Source: Octopus sinensis
Taxonomy: Eukaryota
Assembly (NCBI RefSeq): GCF_006345805.1
Contig: NC_043011.1
Span: 7,502,001 to 7,566,000 of the forward strand
Reading direction: 5' to 3'
DNA: 64,000 nucleotides
Shown: positions 61,950 to 64,000 of the stretch, piece by piece
Layout of the letters: each line of letters begins with the position of its first letter
How positions within the stretch are numbered: position 1 is the first letter of the stretch
Made by a program: the position numbers and the translations under genes
The notes under the pieces: generated by a model
The model's database searches: none
Told to the model about the DNA's origin: nothing
What the model saw: only the letters and a program-made list of their open reading frames with translations

Positions 61950-63450
61950 TTGTCGGTTGGCATCATTGTGCCCGAAGTTCAATTCCATGCTTCTACCATT
62001 TTTGACTGGTTTAGAGGCGAAACCTCGCTGCACCCATTAGCAACCTCATTCAAATTATTGAGCCTCCCTCCGGGCAGGAAATGAGTCACAGCTCGCAAGA
62101 AATGGTAATCTAATGGTCTAACGTTTCGACTGAGAGGCAGGGAGAGGCAACACTTCCAGACTTCTTCCAGACCCTCAAATTCCTCGATTTTATGCTCAAG
62201 TCCCATTGGTAGTGTGTACTGGGGTGTTGTTATTCTGTAAGAGTGCGTGCCTTCGATTCACCGATGCCGGGCAGCGGACTTTCAATGCATCGTCGCTGCC
62301 GCCGTTAAGCATACAGGTTCGAGTTCACAGTATGACCATCGGGAACAAGCTCGAAGGGAAATAACTTTCGAAATTCCAGCAAAACACACAACATGACCTT
62401 CTGTTCAATCTGCTCTTGTTTGACAGAAGCTTGGCCGGAACGAAGCACCTGATTTCTCTCGCTAGGATTACAAAAATAGATCTATTTTCCACCCACCCCA
62501 TTACAATTAGACACCAAAGAAATGGGTATCTTGTGGATTTGCCAGTTCTTTGCCAATGTTTATACGTAGTTGAACCTGGTCATTGGTCAGTTTAAGAGGA
62601 GCTTCTTGATAGGGTCGAGCGTAAGATGTTGATTGAAGGTGCTTTGTGAAGGAACAAACTCTGCCGACAATGTGCGAGTGCTTGTGCATGGCTGTTGTTC
62701 ACCTTACACCACAGGTTTCTCAGACCTTCGTCCATCAACAAACCTGATGTTATCTTCCTTCAAACATTTGAACCAGTTTTGTGTCACACATTCGTTGATA
62801 GTTCTTGGACCTTCCTCATCATTAACCCTTCGTGGGTTGGTGGGGTCTCAAAGGACCCCAGCTAATTTTAAAATTCATGCAAATTTTACATTTTTTATCT
62901 AAATGATTTTATATCTCATCCCTTTTACTGTCAACAGTTTATGAATGCACACACAAATTTCCATTCATATGGATGTTATAGCATAAAATAGGGTCATTGG
63001 AGTCCAACTGGACCCTATTGGCCCTCTGTGAAATTATATTTTCCTATTCTTTTTTTCAGTCAATTTTCTTCGTATTTGTTCTGGTATGAATTGATACACT
63101 AAATAATTCTGTTTTATTTTATATTTCGTGTTGTATGTATAGTTTATAAAACTGTAAAAGATGATGATTTCTTTCAATAAAGGTCTTTTTTGGTCAATAA
63201 ATTATATTGTAATTCCCCTTCATTAAACGCAAATAATTACAAATATATACCAATAAAGTATGAAATTTCTTGTTCTGTATCATGCACCCACACATATATA
63301 CAAGATTAAACAAATCTTTATAGATAGTATGGACATGCACAAAAATAAAAAGGGTGTCCCTCGGGACCCAATAACTTTTTTGTGTAATTCCAACACCACC
63401 GGCCCACGAAGGGTTCATTTGCTTTGCCCACTGCCCTTTTCCCTACAGGT
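61950..63450 (-). mobile_element. Highly degenerate mariner transposase remnant split by a MITE
   Basis: PLDYHFLRAVTHFL near 62110; joining across the MITE restores AKQINDEEGPRTINECVTQNWFKCLKEDN...RSEKP. Confidence 0.65.
62826..63413. mobile_element. piggyBac-like MITE
   Basis: TTAA (62822-62825) / TTCA flanks; TIRs CCCTTCGTGGGTTGGTGG / CCACCGGCCCACGAAGGG; GGACCC subterminal motifs. Confidence 0.78.
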
Positions 63451-64000
63451 AGCGTACAACGGCTCTAATTACAATTTTTATTTTAAAACTATAAAATAAA
63501 GAATAAATAATTAATTTTTCCACGTAATTATATATATAAATTAAAGAATAAATAATTCAACAACGATTGGACAATAACTTGTCCAATCAGATTAATAATA
63601 TAACATGGAGATACAAGTTGCCAAAAACATCAGAGAAACTTCGTGAAAACATTTAACTCAAGGTGGTACATACACACATACACACACGCACACACACAAA
63701 GGTAAAAAGAGGTGTATATAAATGCACGCGTACATACATACATACATACATACATACAGACAGACACATACACACGTGTATGTGTGTGTGAGTGTGTGCG
63801 TGTATGTCTCTTTCAGTTCGTCCTTACACCGTTTGATAACTGGTGCTGGTTTGTTTATGTCCCTGTTACTTAGCAGTTCTGCGAAAGTGACCGACAATAA
63901 GTATCAGACTTGGAAAAAAAACCCCAAAGAAATAAGTCCCGGGGACGATTTGCTTTCCTAAACTCCAGCATGGCCGCAGTCCAATGACCGAAGCAAGTAA

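Overview
Eukaryotic, AT-rich, repeat-dense genomic DNA. The repeat families (tRNA-headed SINEs, RTE/CR1/R4-Dong LINE ends, (TA)n/(AAT)n/(GAT)n microsatellites) look like an Octopus/coleoid cephalopod genome; the taxon is my inference. One host gene is readable on the + strand: a LAS1L-like HEPN endoribonuclease (pre-rRNA ITS2 processing). It has 11 well-supported phase-compatible exons (3435-29432) plus a probable short last exon (42613-42649); its 5' exon(s) lie upstream of the window. The probable last intron holds a ~9.4 kb array of ~224 copies of a 42-bp monomer. The array seems to have been born from the 3' end of a local RTE-like retroelement, has stop-free frames on both strands, and contains a ~3.5 kb higher-order duplication. 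The rest is transposon debris: Tc1/mariner, piggyBac-like and hAT MITEs, a Helitron-like element and nested insertions. The most interesting unannotated signal is a set of at least six sequence-unrelated repeats carrying minimal type-I hammerhead-ribozyme-like folds of the Penelope/retrozyme kind. One of them is the tail of a tRNA-headed element in an inverted arrangement. Most ORFs in the supplied track are repeat artefacts. Repeat boundaries are approximate, read by eye.
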